In this document: positions 37,449 to 48,752 of the stretch, one piece after another | Layout of the letters: each line of letters begins with the position of its first letter | How positions within the stretch are numbered: the stretch's first letter is position 1 | Source of the DNA: Candidatus Omnitrophota bacterium | GTDB taxonomy: Bacteria; Omnitrophota; Gorgyraeia; Gorgyraeales; Gorgyraeaceae | NCBI GenBank assembly: GCA_042572045.1 | Contig: JBHPFI010000001.1 | Coordinates: 47,818-111,817 of the forward strand | Length of the DNA stretch: 64,000 nt | Direction: 5' to 3' | Notes under the pieces: generated by a model | The model's input: only the letters and a program-made list of their open reading frames with translations | Databases searched by the model: none | Told to the model about the DNA's origin: nothing | Position numbers and translations under genes: made by a program

Positions 37449-38252
37449 ATGAGCAAGAGAATAAAGGCGATCTTTCTTATTATGTTTTTTCTGGCATTCT
37501 GCTCGATATTTTTCTCTCTGAAGGTTGAAAAAATAAGAAGAGAGACAGAATTAGCTAAAAAGATAGAAGATGGAGGCATCAAGGATGCGCAGGATGACGA
37601 AATCTACGCAGAGACTTACATAGCGCCTTCTGTTGCCCAGAGTCAGGGTCTTTATATAGAGGGCGATTTTGAGGGAATAGGCATTAACGATTACGGTACA
37701 GAGGGAATTGCCAAGGTTACCGAATTAGACAAGTCCTCTATGGATTTTTCCAGATACTTTCCTTTGACGGAAGGAAGCCGTTGGGTATATCAGGACTGGT
37801 GGGAGATCCAGGATCCAGAGGGTGAATTTGAAGTAGAGAGTAAGCATATTGGAGAGAAGGTTAGAGTTAAGAGGATAAACAGTTCCCGCACCTTAAAGGT
37901 CGTGTCCGTAGAGGATGAGGGGCCTATCAAGAGGGTCAAGATGGAAGAAGAGGATTATCAAGGTACCCGGACACGTGAAGTCGAATATCTATTTCCGCTG
38001 GAAGTCGGCTCAAAATGGGAAGACACTGATTTACCTGGTACCCTGGACAGAGAAGACAATATGTACGCTTATTATGTAGAAAAAATAGAAGACGTGACTG
38101 TCCCTGCAGGCACGTTTAAGGATTGCTATAAGATAGTTTTTAGAACAAACCCTGATGTTGCAATAGAGTGGTTTTCTCCTGAGAGAGGCATAATAAAGGC
38201 CGAATACCACCACCATGGTACCATTACAAATTATATTAGTGAGTTAAGGTAA
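37449..38252 (+). CDS. hypothetical secreted protein
   Basis: N-terminal anchor/signal IKAIFLIMFFLAFCSIFFSL. No family recognised. Confidence 0.4.
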   Translation: MSKRIKAIFLIMFFLAFCSIFFSLKVEKIRRETELAKKIEDGGIKDAQDDEIYAETYIAPSVAQSQGLYIEGDFEGIGINDYGTEGIAKVTELDKSSMDFSRYFPLTEGSRWVYQDWWEIQDPEGEFEVESKHIGEKVRVKRINSSRTLKVVSVEDEGPIKRVKMEEEDYQGTRTREVEYLFPLEVGSKWEDTDLPGTLDREDNMYAYYVEKIEDVTVPAGTFKDCYKIVFRTNPDVAIEWFSPERGIIKAEYHHHGTITNYISELR

Positions 38253-38415
38253 CCGTTCTCCCGCTTTCTAAAAGCAGTATCATGTTTTTCCCTTCAAGCA
38301 TTTCTTAAAAAATCTATTGACAGGAAAGAGTTTTCATAGTATATTTATAATTTTTTATAAAATATGTAAATAATGTATTGGGGCTCATGCCGAAGGACGG
38401 GTACCAGGAATTTGC

Positions 38416-38444
38416 TTGAAGGATAACGTTTTCTGTGATATACT
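38416..38444 (+). promoter_or_regulatory. sigma70-like promoter of giant gene 2 (TTGAAG-17-TATACT)
   Basis: Paralogous to 17790-17818 and 59344-59372. Confidence 0.5.
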
Positions 38445-38546
38445 TTATATTAATCAGATATACATAGCAGGGATATTTAGGCCATAGAATATATAGATAT
38501 ATGTATTAACCAAGCCGTTAAGAAAGGCTATTTTTTTGCCTACATT

Positions 38547-41500
38547 ATGATAAACTTTAAAAAACTCTTCAGTATGAGGATTGTATCATTAGTCGTAGCT
38601 GTAACATTCTTTGTTACATCTACGTCTTATGGCATAGATATACCTGATAGATCCCACTTAAGGACCCCTCTTTTAACAAATTCAGACCAAGGGACCAGTA
38701 GGTTAAAGCAAGCCCTATTCTACCAGTTAAGACAGATGCTAGGCCAGGTAGTCAATGCAGACACTTCCAAAGACCTTGCCTTTTACGAAGGAGAAAAACA
38801 AGCCCTTTTGCTAGAAGATGGAAAGATCCTGGTAAATGAAGAGCTATATGATAAGTATAACTCTGAGATCCCGGGAGAAAGAACCGAAGCCCTTCAGGTA
38901 CTCATACATGAGACAGTAGAGGCACTTCTCCAGGTTGTAAAAAGAAACCATTCCTCCAGATATCAGACTATGAAGGAGCTGGCCTTAAGTAACCTCCCAG
39001 CACTCTATTTTCGCATTCCCCACCAAGCTGATAAGACCTACCGCGATGAAATCCTTGCAAATGACATCTGGGCAGTTGCATTTGAATACAGAATGATGGG
39101 CATAACCCCAGAACAGGTCCAAGACCCTGATCTCCAAAACTTCCTAAAAAAATCCTATGAGATTATTGATGCACGCAGAAGCCTATTTGGTGAGGAGTTC
39201 AACAGCCCTTACAGGGCTAAAGAGACTGTAGTAGAGGCCTTAAGAAGAGGGTTTGAGTTTAAGAGGGTAGCGAGAGCAGACGCGCAGGAAGAGATGAAGG
39301 GCGGGAAAGAGGTAGTTTTTTTGCAGGCCAGCGTGGCCGACGATTTAATCTATCCAGAAGGCAAGTCGGGATTAATGAACTCTGTGGAAGAGCTGAAAGG
39401 CAAGCCGATTAGGTTTGATATTATCAACGGAGAGATTTTGTTGCAAGATGAGCAGCCGCTATTTAGATTATTAGGGCTTGAGACTTCTCATTCTCAGCAG
39501 GATTTCTTGGAGTATGGGCTCTGCGCGCTTATCCGGGAGCGGCTCTTAGAGACAGATGTTTCTACATTAGGCGATTTGCGCAATCTTAGTTTTGTTTTTG
39601 GTGACGAAGATAGTGCTTCTGTCTCTGGATTTGATTTCCGTAGCCCATATGCTAAAAGTGGAAGAAACGGAATATTTTTTATAAACGTTAAGGCATTAGC
39701 TGCGCTAGAAAAGCCTCAGGACAGACAGACTGCTTTTATTTTAGGCGTCTCACATATGATATCGCATGAGGCCTTAAAAGGCGCGGATACAGTTGAACCA
39801 ATTTTGCTGGCCCAGGATATAAGATTAGCGACTACTCCCGGCAGAATCAGCATGGACCCTAGCGCTTTTATTGAAAACTTTAGAGCTACTGTAAGGCTTG
39901 ACTCCGGACCTTATGAGGGCATATTAAGATTTCTTGATACCGGCTATTTACGGCGAGAGAATATAGAAATATTAGCATCTAGCGGCATAATGAGAGATTT
40001 ATTTCAAGCCCTACCTGAATTGGATGCATTATACGCGGCGCGTTACAAAGGAAAAAGCTTTCTTTCAAAAGAGGAAAGAACAGCTGTGTTCCAATATGCC
40101 ACTATATTGGTCCATCAGGGAAGGATAAAGGAGGCCAGAGAAGTTATTGAACAACCGCTTGGTCGAACTGCTATACTCGGCAGTAGTTACGACAAAGAAT
40201 TATACAAAGCAGAACTCCAGTATTATTTGAATATGGGAGATATTGTTTCAGCGGTTACGCTTACAGAAAAGTTTTTTGCAGAATTTCCAGATGACTGGAG
40301 GGTAACGAACGGAAGTTTTGTAAAAGAGTTTGTTAGTAGAGGATATTTTCAGCAAGCTCGCGAACTTCTGAAAAAATACTATCAAGGCGATGAAATCCGT
40401 CCCGGCGGAGAGCTGCAACATATCGCGTTTTTGTATAAAGAGCTAGGGGAGTTTAATGATTTAATTAATATATGTAAACTTATACCCCTTCAGTTCAAGC
40501 CAGAAGATAGGCCTCGCGAACAATATGCTATGATAACATCTTGTATTCTTGCAGATATGGCGATACATCTTGTAGAAGAAGGCAGGATGAGCGAAGCAAT
40601 CGCCATTGCTTATGAGCCAGGACTTGAGCCGTATAGATTAGTAGTGTTAGCCAAGCTAGTTACTTTTCTTCTAACTAGTGATCGCGCTGATTATCAGGCT
40701 GAAGCGATGAATATCGTCGATAAACTTAAAGACGACCAAATTGTCAGCGCTTTAGTTAATAAACGAATAAGCATGTGGCCTGACCAGCCGGCATATGATT
40801 ATTACTATTATGCTTATATGGAAGGTGTTTACGCAGAAGCAATGTTTGCTATAGGTGAGTATGAATCATTAGCTCGTAAGGTTATCGTGACTACCAGTAT
40901 GGATTTTAATCTGGATTATATATTAGAACGTATTGGTTATGGCGAAGATTTATCGAGATTTATTCAGACCTGCGTAGTGGTTGCTGCAGAGGTCGAGCCC
41001 CCTCAAAACAATATCTATTATCATAATCGCGGTCAATTGCATTTTAACTGTAGAATCGCTAGGATTATGTTTGACTGGGTGTATGAACATGGCTATAGAA
41101 AAACCGCAGAATTCATAGATTCCTATTTAGATGATATTGAGCCAGATAGAACTCATCCAGAAAGACCTTCTTGGGTAATAGCAAAATTAACAGCCCAAGC
41201 TTGTTTACGTAGGGAAATGGACGATTCCCTTGTTGAAGAATGCCGCGGCTACGAAAACGGAGAAAAAATTCTAACTAGCCTTGCCGAACAACGTAAAAAA
41301 AGAAACGAAGCTTTTCCAGCAGACAAAGAAAAAAAAGGCATAAGGAGGTATTGGGAAGATGAATACACTCGAAAGTTTAAACAAACTACAGGAAGTCTTG
41401 ACATAAGAGCTGCTGGGTATCCATCATTGCAAACTTTATTGGAACGCCCTGTTGACCCTTTCAGTGCTAAGAGTAATAGATTTCCAAATATGACTAAAGA

Positions 41501-44500
41501 GTGCCATGGATATGTTACGCGTAGTTCATGGATACTATCGCGATCAGTTATAGGAGCAGTGCTAGAGCGCAGAGAAGGGTATGACAGATTGGCGGAAGAA
41601 ATCGGACCTTACAGGGTTCAGGCACTTTTAGATAGTGTTATACAAAGAAGAGGCGCTGATGCTTATTTTGTTTTCGAGGGGTTTATTGCACTTTTTCATG
41701 CCGGGATTACTAACGTTGACATGTTAGACAGGATAGACCTTGTTCTTACTCCTCTGGCCAGAAAGGCAGGTGTCGGGATAGCTAAGGCCTACGAGGATTT
41801 TGTAGATTTACTATCAGCAGGCATTCCTATTGAAGAAGGCTTGAAGCTTATAGGGACGGTAGTCGAAAGAGAATCTAGTGAGATTTCGGTCGCATATGAT
41901 AGCTTATATGTACTTATTAGAGAAGATATAGTAAATGTTTTAGTTCAGGCCGGCATTTCGCAGCAAGAAGTAGTAAGCTTTTTACAAAACATTGCTACTG
42001 GAGATAGATGGGATACTTCTTTTATTTTTTGGAGCTTAGTAGCGTTGGCCAGGTCAAATCTTATAAACGGAGATAGCTATCCTACCATTGGCCATCTATA
42101 TAAGGAGCTCTCATCATTCCAGAGGGGTGTTAGGAGATTTAAAAGTCTATTTAATAGAGCTAACGGGGCGGTCACAGAAGAGCATTTTAAACAGTTTGAA
42201 GAACGGGCCAAGGATATATATAATGCGCTTGAAATGCAGAATATAATTAGAAAAGGGCAAGTAGTAAAAGAAGAGATAGAAGAGTTTCTTGGTCTAGACG
42301 TAGACCAGGCTGATAGAAAGTATTTGGCGGGATTAAGCTTAAGGAATACTCAAGAGCTCTCGACAGTGCAGAATATTTTGAGAGAAATTTACGGCCGTGC
42401 CTTTGCCGAACAGCACAGGATAGATGAAGTGCGTTTCTGGCCAATGCACCTTAGAAACATAGCCTTTTTCCAGGTAGCTTGCGGAAGAATAGGTCTGGAT
42501 GTTGCGAATTTTGTCGTCAGTTCCTTAGGACCGAGAAGATTGGACAATTTTCTGACGCAAACAATGGAAATATATACTGACGAATCTTATGTGCGTGGAT
42601 TAATTTCGCTATTAAACGGTTCCCAGGACAGGCATCCCGGGCTTGCTTTGCATATAGTGGAATACGCCGCGGCCTATAGCCAGTTAGAGTTGGGAACAGA
42701 GTTTGGCAAGGTAGTCGCAGGAGTGGTGTCGGATAAATTTGGACTTAGACAGGCAAAAATAGACTTAGGAACCGAATTATTCAGGCTATTTTCCCAACAG
42801 CTTGGCTTGCAAGTGGATAACATATCGGAAGATATGATTAATGCCTGGGAGTTGAGCTATCTTTCTAAATTGTTTGTGGGACGCAAAATGATTCATGCCA
42901 AGGGAACGGCCTACAGGCCCCTTCAGGATTTATTCGATAGCATTATTACATCAACGCTCGAGGGCAGGTTTGAGCAATTTATTATGGACACTAATCCTGA
43001 GACAAACGCTTATCCGATGGGCGTTAGAGTGGCCGAGCACAATGAGCAATTAAGAGCGGCGTTGTCCGAAAAGGGGATAGACGTGGCTTTTTGGCTTAGG
43101 TACAGTGAGACGAGCTCCTTTGGTTTTAGTGCCGAAGAAGACGAAGGCGAGGTCATTGATATAATCGGTGAATTGGGTGCATTGGCCGATGCCCTTTCTT
43201 TTATATTGAATAAACTTCCGGGCGATGAAGCGAGGTATGGAGAAGCCATTCTAGGCAGCCTTAGAAAGATGGAGATTTTTCTTGATACGACGGATCCGGA
43301 GCGCCCCTTTTTCTGTAGGATCATGAAGGACGGCGAGCTGTCTACTGATCCGGAAGATGTCTTGTCCGTCTTGTTTGACGGACAGAGATTGCCGGGCTTG
43401 AGAAAAAATCTTGCGTATGTGCAGGGACGCACCGTAGAGCAGGAAGTCGCGACTGCGATATTTCATTTTGTAGAGGATATAGATAGGGTCGACGGAATTG
43501 TCGCAAAGACGGATTTAAAAGATCTTACAAGTGGCGCGGAGAGGTTTACGGTCAAGGTGTGGGGTCGAAACCCCGCAAGGGATATATTCCAGGGTAATTT
43601 TACCAGTTGTTGCGTTGCGATTGATAACAATCTTCATCCGGAGGCGATCCTGGAATACTTAATTGATCAAGGTATTCAGGTGGTAGAGGTGATTAATGAA
43701 GCCACAGGCGAAACGATCGCCCAGACATGGTGTTTTATCGCGATGGATGGTGATGGCGAGGCTGTCTTGGTTATGGACAACATAGAGGTGGTAGGTAAAT
43801 ACGCAGCAGCAGGAACTGATGAGAATAATATAATCAGGGATAATATACTAAGCTATCTGCAAAGATATACGAGGGCAATAGGCGCTAAAGGTCTTTATTT
43901 GGGAAACACCCCATATCAAGACGTGGATGTATCGACGTTTGAGAGAGTTCCGGTAAGCCTGACAAAGTTAGGAGGCAATCTATGGGCTTATGAAGGAGAG
44001 GGTCAGGGGTATCGTTATTATCTGGAGGCGCTTTACAGCGAAGACCGCAGCAGGAGAAAGACTGAGGCCCACAGGATGTCGTTACCCGAGGTGTCCGTTG
44101 ATGAGACTGCAACCGATGCAGGCTTTAGCATAGAAGTCATTACTCCTGATACAATCGATTGGAAATTGATAGGCGAGTTGGCAGCAGTAGAAGTCGATGC
44201 CTATGCTGGGCCTATGGTACTGGGCGTAGAATCCATTAGAAGCGTAGTGGAAAACCCTAAAGCCGTATGCCTTGTTATAAGAGATGACTCCAGCGGGAGA
44301 ATCGCGGGATATCGATTTGCCATACCTTCGCAGGAATATCCGCAGAGTCCGATTGTAGGGGCTGACATACTTTATGGATACGATATCGCAATCCATCCCA
44401 AATATCAAAGGAGAGGGCTTTTTAGCAGGCTGCACGCGGAATTTATCGAGGAGGCACGCGCAAGAGGTTATACAGCGATGTCTGCGCATGTCAGAATAGC

Positions 44501-47500
44501 GGGCAATGTCCCTGAGCCCCTGCGTTGGCCAAGGATATGGATAGAAAGGCTAGAGGGACGACCCGTTAAAGGCGGACAGATTGTCTTTCCTGATAACGGA
44601 AAGCGTTATTCCGACTCGATCCTTTTGGATTGCGCGATCCCGTGGCTCGATGGTGAATCGGCAATCCCATGCGTCCTGGATCTGGCTGAAACAGAGTCTC
44701 CAGACGTTGATTTGCAAGGTAGAGATGAGAGCGGAAAATTTGCAGAGCTCCCCATGAAAAGCCCGGGATATATGAGGGATTTTGTAGCGACCCATTATGG
44801 AGACAGCCCTTTTACCATAGCTCAATATATTAAAGATTGGGAGACGGCTAACCCCGGAAGAAGATTGCCGAGCAGCACAGCCTATAGTGACTTAACTAAA
44901 GCAAGGGCAAACGGATGGATTGAGAAATTAGAGGGACCTCATTATAGACTTGCCGAGATAGGACAGGTTCAGAATGTCGGCCATGTCGAAGCATGGGAAG
45001 AAGATGTAAGTGTCGCTAAAGAGCAAGTTGTAAAAGTCCTTGTTCTCGATGATGACTATCATATGCTCAATGCAACCAAGGAAAGACTTGCCGCCTCAGA
45101 GATTGTAAGTATAGAAACAGCAGCAGAAATGGATGAAGGACTCAAAATATTAGAGGCCAATCCAGATATTAACTTTTTAGTGCTTGATTTTAGACTCTTT
45201 GAGTATCCCACTGAAAATGGAGTTCAGTTTTGCAAGAAGGCGTTTAAGGCCCCTTATAATTTTGAAGGAAGAGTTGTGATTTATTCAGCCGATGATACCG
45301 CTATTATAAGTGAGCTTAAGCGCTATCCCGACCTGTGGGACAGGTATATACAAGGACAGATTTCTATTCAATTAAAACATGACACAAGGGCATTCGAAGA
45401 CATAAGGGCCAGGATTATATCATTCGCAAGGGGTGAAGAGGCGCTGCCTCAGGAAAGCGCTACGGATATCGTAGCATTAGAAGAAGAGCTTCCGCTTGCA
45501 GCATTAACGATAACACCAGATGATATCGGCATTACTCCTGCCATTGTAGATCGATTTAGGGATTGCCATGTAATCATAGCAGATGATAAGCCTTTTATAA
45601 GAAATGCTATCGAGGCAACGGTTAGCAGATTTTTTGATAACGTACATAAATTAGGTACGGTCGAAGATGCTGTAGAATTGGTGAAGGCATTGCGCAGACA
45701 AGGCGTGCCTGAGGAAAGGATAATAATCCTTTCTGATTATGAGTTCGGGACCGAACAGACAGGTATAAGACGGCTGGATGGTCGCGATTTTGTGAACATG
45801 TTGAGGTTAGCCCCGAACGCTGACTATCCCGAGGAGACCCTTGGCTTTATGGGATTCTTCTTCTTTGTTTCAGGAAGTATTATTTCTAAAGACCAGATAT
45901 CCGGCTTTAACAAGTCCGCAAAGGATATTGACTTTGAAGTCAAGGTAAAATATGGGATTGATTATATTGAGAAAAATGCCGATGAAGAGTTTCCGATTGC
46001 ACTGCTAAAAATGGTCTATGTCAGACTTCAAAAGCCGTATAATTTAAGCGCAGATATTACTGATGCCCTTCCACGTAAGCCTATGTCTAAGCCGGCTGAT
46101 ATCAGTTTCTTGAACGGAGGCGTTAATGATTTTGAAACAAGGCTTAAAATGGGCCTTAGGGTTTTAAAAGATTCACTAACAGAACTTGCGCCCAGAGTGG
46201 AAGACAGAGAGGCCTTAAGAAGGATAGAAGAGGTTCTTTCTAAAATGAGTGCATTTTTTGAGCTTGGAAATGTTGACAGGAGCCTTGCCTTTAATGTGCG
46301 TACCCATAATTACAAAGGGCATATTTTTTACGCAGCAGGTTATTTAACTCCCCAGATACGCGAAGAAGTAGAGTCCTTGAGTGCTTCTGATAGAGAAAAA
46401 TACGGACCATTCCTTGAGCAATTGGATAATCTAAGCTTAACGATGAATGTCGCCGCAAACTATATGCTTAGATTATTAAGATTATCCGCAGCAGTCGGGA
46501 ATATTAATATGCCTATTACTTTTGAGGAATTTATACATAATACCGTAGAGATTTTTCTTACCGATTATGGAAAGCGAGTAAGTATTGAAACGGATTTTGA
46601 TAGAGACAGCCTTGAAGGCCTGGAATTTCCCTATGGCCTCGCCTTTATTGTAGCATTCATATTGGATAATGCCCTTGAACAGTATCAGGTAAAGTTTGGC
46701 AAGGATTTTAAAGGCAAGATATTTTTTAAGGTCAATAAGGAAGAAAAGACACTTGAAATAGAAATAATTGACGAGGCGGGTGGCATACCAGAGAAGGTAT
46801 TGCCTAATATATTTCTGAGAAAGTTTACTACAAAGGTACATGGCGCCGGGTTTGGATTATTTTGGGCTAAGCAGCTGATGGGCATGTATGATGGTGAGAT
46901 TGCAGTGCGCAACGAAGGCGATGGCGCCTGTTTTACCTTGACTCTTCCGCTTGATTGGAAACGCATTGCAGAAGAAAAAGAATACGCCCCCGAAGAACTT
47001 ATGCAGCGAGTCCTTGATGTGCTCGCCGAACGCGGCAATCCTGATGCGGAGGAACTTGCAGAGAAGATCGCGAGAGAGATTTATACATACAGCACCAAAA
47101 TTGCTGAGGTTACTAAGACAAGAGAGACAATCTCACACGAATCTTATTTATATCAAGGTCACAAGCACATTAGATACAAAATAGAAGAGATGCTCAACAC
47201 TTATTTCCTGGCTATATGTACTGGCGACTACCAGGTTTTTAGAGATATTATTTTTGAAAAAGGCACGACGCAAAAGGACATAGAAGACCTTTTATTATCG
47301 CTACTTGCGCTTAAACAGGTTGAGGAGAAAGAGGACATAACATTCGCACATTTACCAGTAAGACAGGCGGTTGTGCTCTTATATGATTCTGAAGGCAGAG
47401 CACGGATCTTGCTTCGTTCAAAAGAGAATCTTGCGAGAGAAGAGGAGGGCATTACGCCAGAAAAAAGGAATAGGTATCAAAGAGTATTACGGCAGACTGG

Positions 47501-48674
47501 TTACGCTATACATAAACTAGGCGGAGATGTCGGACATATGTCCTCAGCATTCTACTTTATTCACACGGACGGCAAGATTAGTGAGGGGAAAAAAGACTAT
47601 CTTGAGAGATTATTCAGGCAAGATCTCCCGGACGAGGTCTATGGCATGATACATACATATACAAGCTCAGGAGAACAATTATCAGGGTTTGAGGATGATA
47701 TTCTATGGATAGAAAGAGTGGATGGTTGGCTAGGAGCAATCTCTGATCAGGCAAGGGCATTTATGAATGCGAAAGAGCGGTTAGATCAGGCATTAGAGGG
47801 CGTTGAATTAGAAGAGGGGAGCACGGCTGAAAGAGAAGTAAATAGAGTACGCAGAATTGCTGAGACGAGCCAGACTCTGTTAAAACTTTTACATGGTCAG
47901 CAATTTGAAGATAAAGAGGTTATGGATATTTCTGTGTATCCAGACGAGGATTCCAGAGTGCACGGAAAGGAACAGTTTCACTTTAACGTTTCACCTGGTA
48001 CTAGGTTGAGGTTAAGTTACTTTTTCTTAGATAATATTATGTTAAATCTTTTTCGCTGTAAACCTAAAGATGAAGATTTTTATGTTGATGTAAAGGAAGA
48101 AGGTGGCTACACCGTATTTAACGTTAGATATAAAGGACAAGTTGATCCAGAGACAATGTTTGAGCCTAAAGAATCGCGGTCCACCCCCTGGCAGCGTTAC
48201 GGCCCTCTCATACATGACCTAATTGATGCAGTAAATGGTGAAGTCACTGCTCAGAATGTAGGCGAAGATGTTGAGATAGCCATAAGGTTTCCTCTTCCAG
48301 ATATTGATAGCCAGGGTACGCTTCTAGATGCCCGCGCAGATCTGAATAAATTAAAACAAACCGTAGTATTATTCTCAGGAGACGAAGCGCAAGATAATCT
48401 TGGTGAGTTCAAGCTGGCATTAGGTGAGCTAGATGAGACCAATACAGCTGTAGTAATAGTAGGTTCAGAAGAACAGCAGAGATTTTTCGTAGAGCACAGA
48501 GGAGAACTAGGAAGATTTTATATTAGAACGCCGGAACAAATAGGTTTGGCCGGCGTTGATTTGAATCAAGTCATGACTACGATAATGGGCATAGATAATC
48601 TTAGATGTATCCCGCTTACAGATTCCCTCTTAAACGCCAACCCATCCTTGAAACAGGCCAGGGACCAGGTGTAA
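38547..48674 (+). CDS. giant secreted multidomain protein, paralog 2 (3375 aa)
   Basis: The N-terminal ~230 aa are ~75-85% identical to paralog 1. Internal domains: GNAT (IAIHPKYQRRGLFSRLHAEFIEEARARGY ~44100-44500), the conserved ~70-aa module (44704-44926), two receiver-like domains (KVLVLDDDYHMLN ~45030-45380; HVIIADDKPF ~45570-45900), a GHKL/HATPase_c domain (LDNALE...IDEAGGIP...GAGFGL ~46660-46960) and a second HATPase-like region (~47990-48300). The C-terminal ~110 aa are near-identical to paralog 1. Confidence 0.85.
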   Translation: MINFKKLFSMRIVSLVVAVTFFVTSTSYGIDIPDRSHLRTPLLTNSDQGTSRLKQALFYQLRQMLGQVVNADTSKDLAFYEGEKQALLLEDGKILVNEELYDKYNSEIPGERTEALQVLIHETVEALLQVVKRNHSSRYQTMKELALSNLPALYFRIPHQADKTYRDEILANDIWAVAFEYRMMGITPEQVQDPDLQNFLKKSYEIIDARRSLFGEEFNSPYRAKETVVEALRRGFEFKRVARADAQEEMKGGKEVVFLQASVADDLIYPEGKSGLMNSVEELKGKPIRFDIINGEILLQDEQPLFRLLGLETSHSQQDFLEYGLCALIRERLLETDVSTLGDLRNLSFVFGDEDSASVSGFDFRSPYAKSGRNGIFFINVKALAALEKPQDRQTAFILGVSHMISHEALKGADTVEPILLAQDIRLATTPGRISMDPSAFIENFRATVRLDSGPYEGILRFLDTGYLRRENIEILASSGIMRDLFQALPELDALYAARYKGKSFLSKEERTAVFQYATILVHQGRIKEAREVIEQPLGRTAILGSSYDKELYKAELQYYLNMGDIVSAVTLTEKFFAEFPDDWRVTNGSFVKEFVSRGYFQQARELLKKYYQGDEIRPGGELQHIAFLYKELGEFNDLINICKLIPLQFKPEDRPREQYAMITSCILADMAIHLVEEGRMSEAIAIAYEPGLEPYRLVVLAKLVTFLLTSDRADYQAEAMNIVDKLKDDQIVSALVNKRISMWPDQPAYDYYYYAYMEGVYAEAMFAIGEYESLARKVIVTTSMDFNLDYILERIGYGEDLSRFIQTCVVVAAEVEPPQNNIYYHNRGQLHFNCRIARIMFDWVYEHGYRKTAEFIDSYLDDIEPDRTHPERPSWVIAKLTAQACLRREMDDSLVEECRGYENGEKILTSLAEQRKKRNEAFPADKEKKGIRRYWEDEYTRKFKQTTGSLDIRAAGYPSLQTLLERPVDPFSAKSNRFPNMTKECHGYVTRSSWILSRSVIGAVLERREGYDRLAEEIGPYRVQALLDSVIQRRGADAYFVFEGFIALFHAGITNVDMLDRIDLVLTPLARKAGVGIAKAYEDFVDLLSAGIPIEEGLKLIGTVVERESSEISVAYDSLYVLIREDIVNVLVQAGISQQEVVSFLQNIATGDRWDTSFIFWSLVALARSNLINGDSYPTIGHLYKELSSFQRGVRRFKSLFNRANGAVTEEHFKQFEERAKDIYNALEMQNIIRKGQVVKEEIEEFLGLDVDQADRKYLAGLSLRNTQELSTVQNILREIYGRAFAEQHRIDEVRFWPMHLRNIAFFQVACGRIGLDVANFVVSSLGPRRLDNFLTQTMEIYTDESYVRGLISLLNGSQDRHPGLALHIVEYAAAYSQLELGTEFGKVVAGVVSDKFGLRQAKIDLGTELFRLFSQQLGLQVDNISEDMINAWELSYLSKLFVGRKMIHAKGTAYRPLQDLFDSIITSTLEGRFEQFIMDTNPETNAYPMGVRVAEHNEQLRAALSEKGIDVAFWLRYSETSSFGFSAEEDEGEVIDIIGELGALADALSFILNKLPGDEARYGEAILGSLRKMEIFLDTTDPERPFFCRIMKDGELSTDPEDVLSVLFDGQRLPGLRKNLAYVQGRTVEQEVATAIFHFVEDIDRVDGIVAKTDLKDLTSGAERFTVKVWGRNPARDIFQGNFTSCCVAIDNNLHPEAILEYLIDQGIQVVEVINEATGETIAQTWCFIAMDGDGEAVLVMDNIEVVGKYAAAGTDENNIIRDNILSYLQRYTRAIGAKGLYLGNTPYQDVDVSTFERVPVSLTKLGGNLWAYEGEGQGYRYYLEALYSEDRSRRKTEAHRMSLPEVSVDETATDAGFSIEVITPDTIDWKLIGELAAVEVDAYAGPMVLGVESIRSVVENPKAVCLVIRDDSSGRIAGYRFAIPSQEYPQSPIVGADILYGYDIAIHPKYQRRGLFSRLHAEFIEEARARGYTAMSAHVRIAGNVPEPLRWPRIWIERLEGRPVKGGQIVFPDNGKRYSDSILLDCAIPWLDGESAIPCVLDLAETESPDVDLQGRDESGKFAELPMKSPGYMRDFVATHYGDSPFTIAQYIKDWETANPGRRLPSSTAYSDLTKARANGWIEKLEGPHYRLAEIGQVQNVGHVEAWEEDVSVAKEQVVKVLVLDDDYHMLNATKERLAASEIVSIETAAEMDEGLKILEANPDINFLVLDFRLFEYPTENGVQFCKKAFKAPYNFEGRVVIYSADDTAIISELKRYPDLWDRYIQGQISIQLKHDTRAFEDIRARIISFARGEEALPQESATDIVALEEELPLAALTITPDDIGITPAIVDRFRDCHVIIADDKPFIRNAIEATVSRFFDNVHKLGTVEDAVELVKALRRQGVPEERIIILSDYEFGTEQTGIRRLDGRDFVNMLRLAPNADYPEETLGFMGFFFFVSGSIISKDQISGFNKSAKDIDFEVKVKYGIDYIEKNADEEFPIALLKMVYVRLQKPYNLSADITDALPRKPMSKPADISFLNGGVNDFETRLKMGLRVLKDSLTELAPRVEDREALRRIEEVLSKMSAFFELGNVDRSLAFNVRTHNYKGHIFYAAGYLTPQIREEVESLSASDREKYGPFLEQLDNLSLTMNVAANYMLRLLRLSAAVGNINMPITFEEFIHNTVEIFLTDYGKRVSIETDFDRDSLEGLEFPYGLAFIVAFILDNALEQYQVKFGKDFKGKIFFKVNKEEKTLEIEIIDEAGGIPEKVLPNIFLRKFTTKVHGAGFGLFWAKQLMGMYDGEIAVRNEGDGACFTLTLPLDWKRIAEEKEYAPEELMQRVLDVLAERGNPDAEELAEKIAREIYTYSTKIAEVTKTRETISHESYLYQGHKHIRYKIEEMLNTYFLAICTGDYQVFRDIIFEKGTTQKDIEDLLLSLLALKQVEEKEDITFAHLPVRQAVVLLYDSEGRARILLRSKENLAREEEGITPEKRNRYQRVLRQTGYAIHKLGGDVGHMSSAFYFIHTDGKISEGKKDYLERLFRQDLPDEVYGMIHTYTSSGEQLSGFEDDILWIERVDGWLGAISDQARAFMNAKERLDQALEGVELEEGSTAEREVNRVRRIAETSQTLLKLLHGQQFEDKEVMDISVYPDEDSRVHGKEQFHFNVSPGTRLRLSYFFLDNIMLNLFRCKPKDEDFYVDVKEEGGYTVFNVRYKGQVDPETMFEPKESRSTPWQRYGPLIHDLIDAVNGEVTAQNVGEDVEIAIRFPLPDIDSQGTLLDARADLNKLKQTVVLFSGDEAQDNLGEFKLALGELDETNTAVVIVGSEEQQRFFVEHRGELGRFYIRTPEQIGLAGVDLNQVMTTIMGIDNLRCIPLTDSLLNANPSLKQARDQV
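44704..44926 (+). repeat. conserved ~70-aa module, copy in giant gene 2
   Basis: DVDLQGRDESGKFAELPMKSPGYMRDFVATHYGDSPFTIAQYIKDWETANPGRRLPSSTAYSDLTKARANGWIE. About 90% nt identity to 19915-20136. Confidence 0.8.
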
Positions 48675-48752
48675 AACTTACACTAGAAAACATCTAAAAA
48701 CACATCTCCATAAAAACTGAAATATCCACTAGCCAGCAACTCTTAGGGCTTA

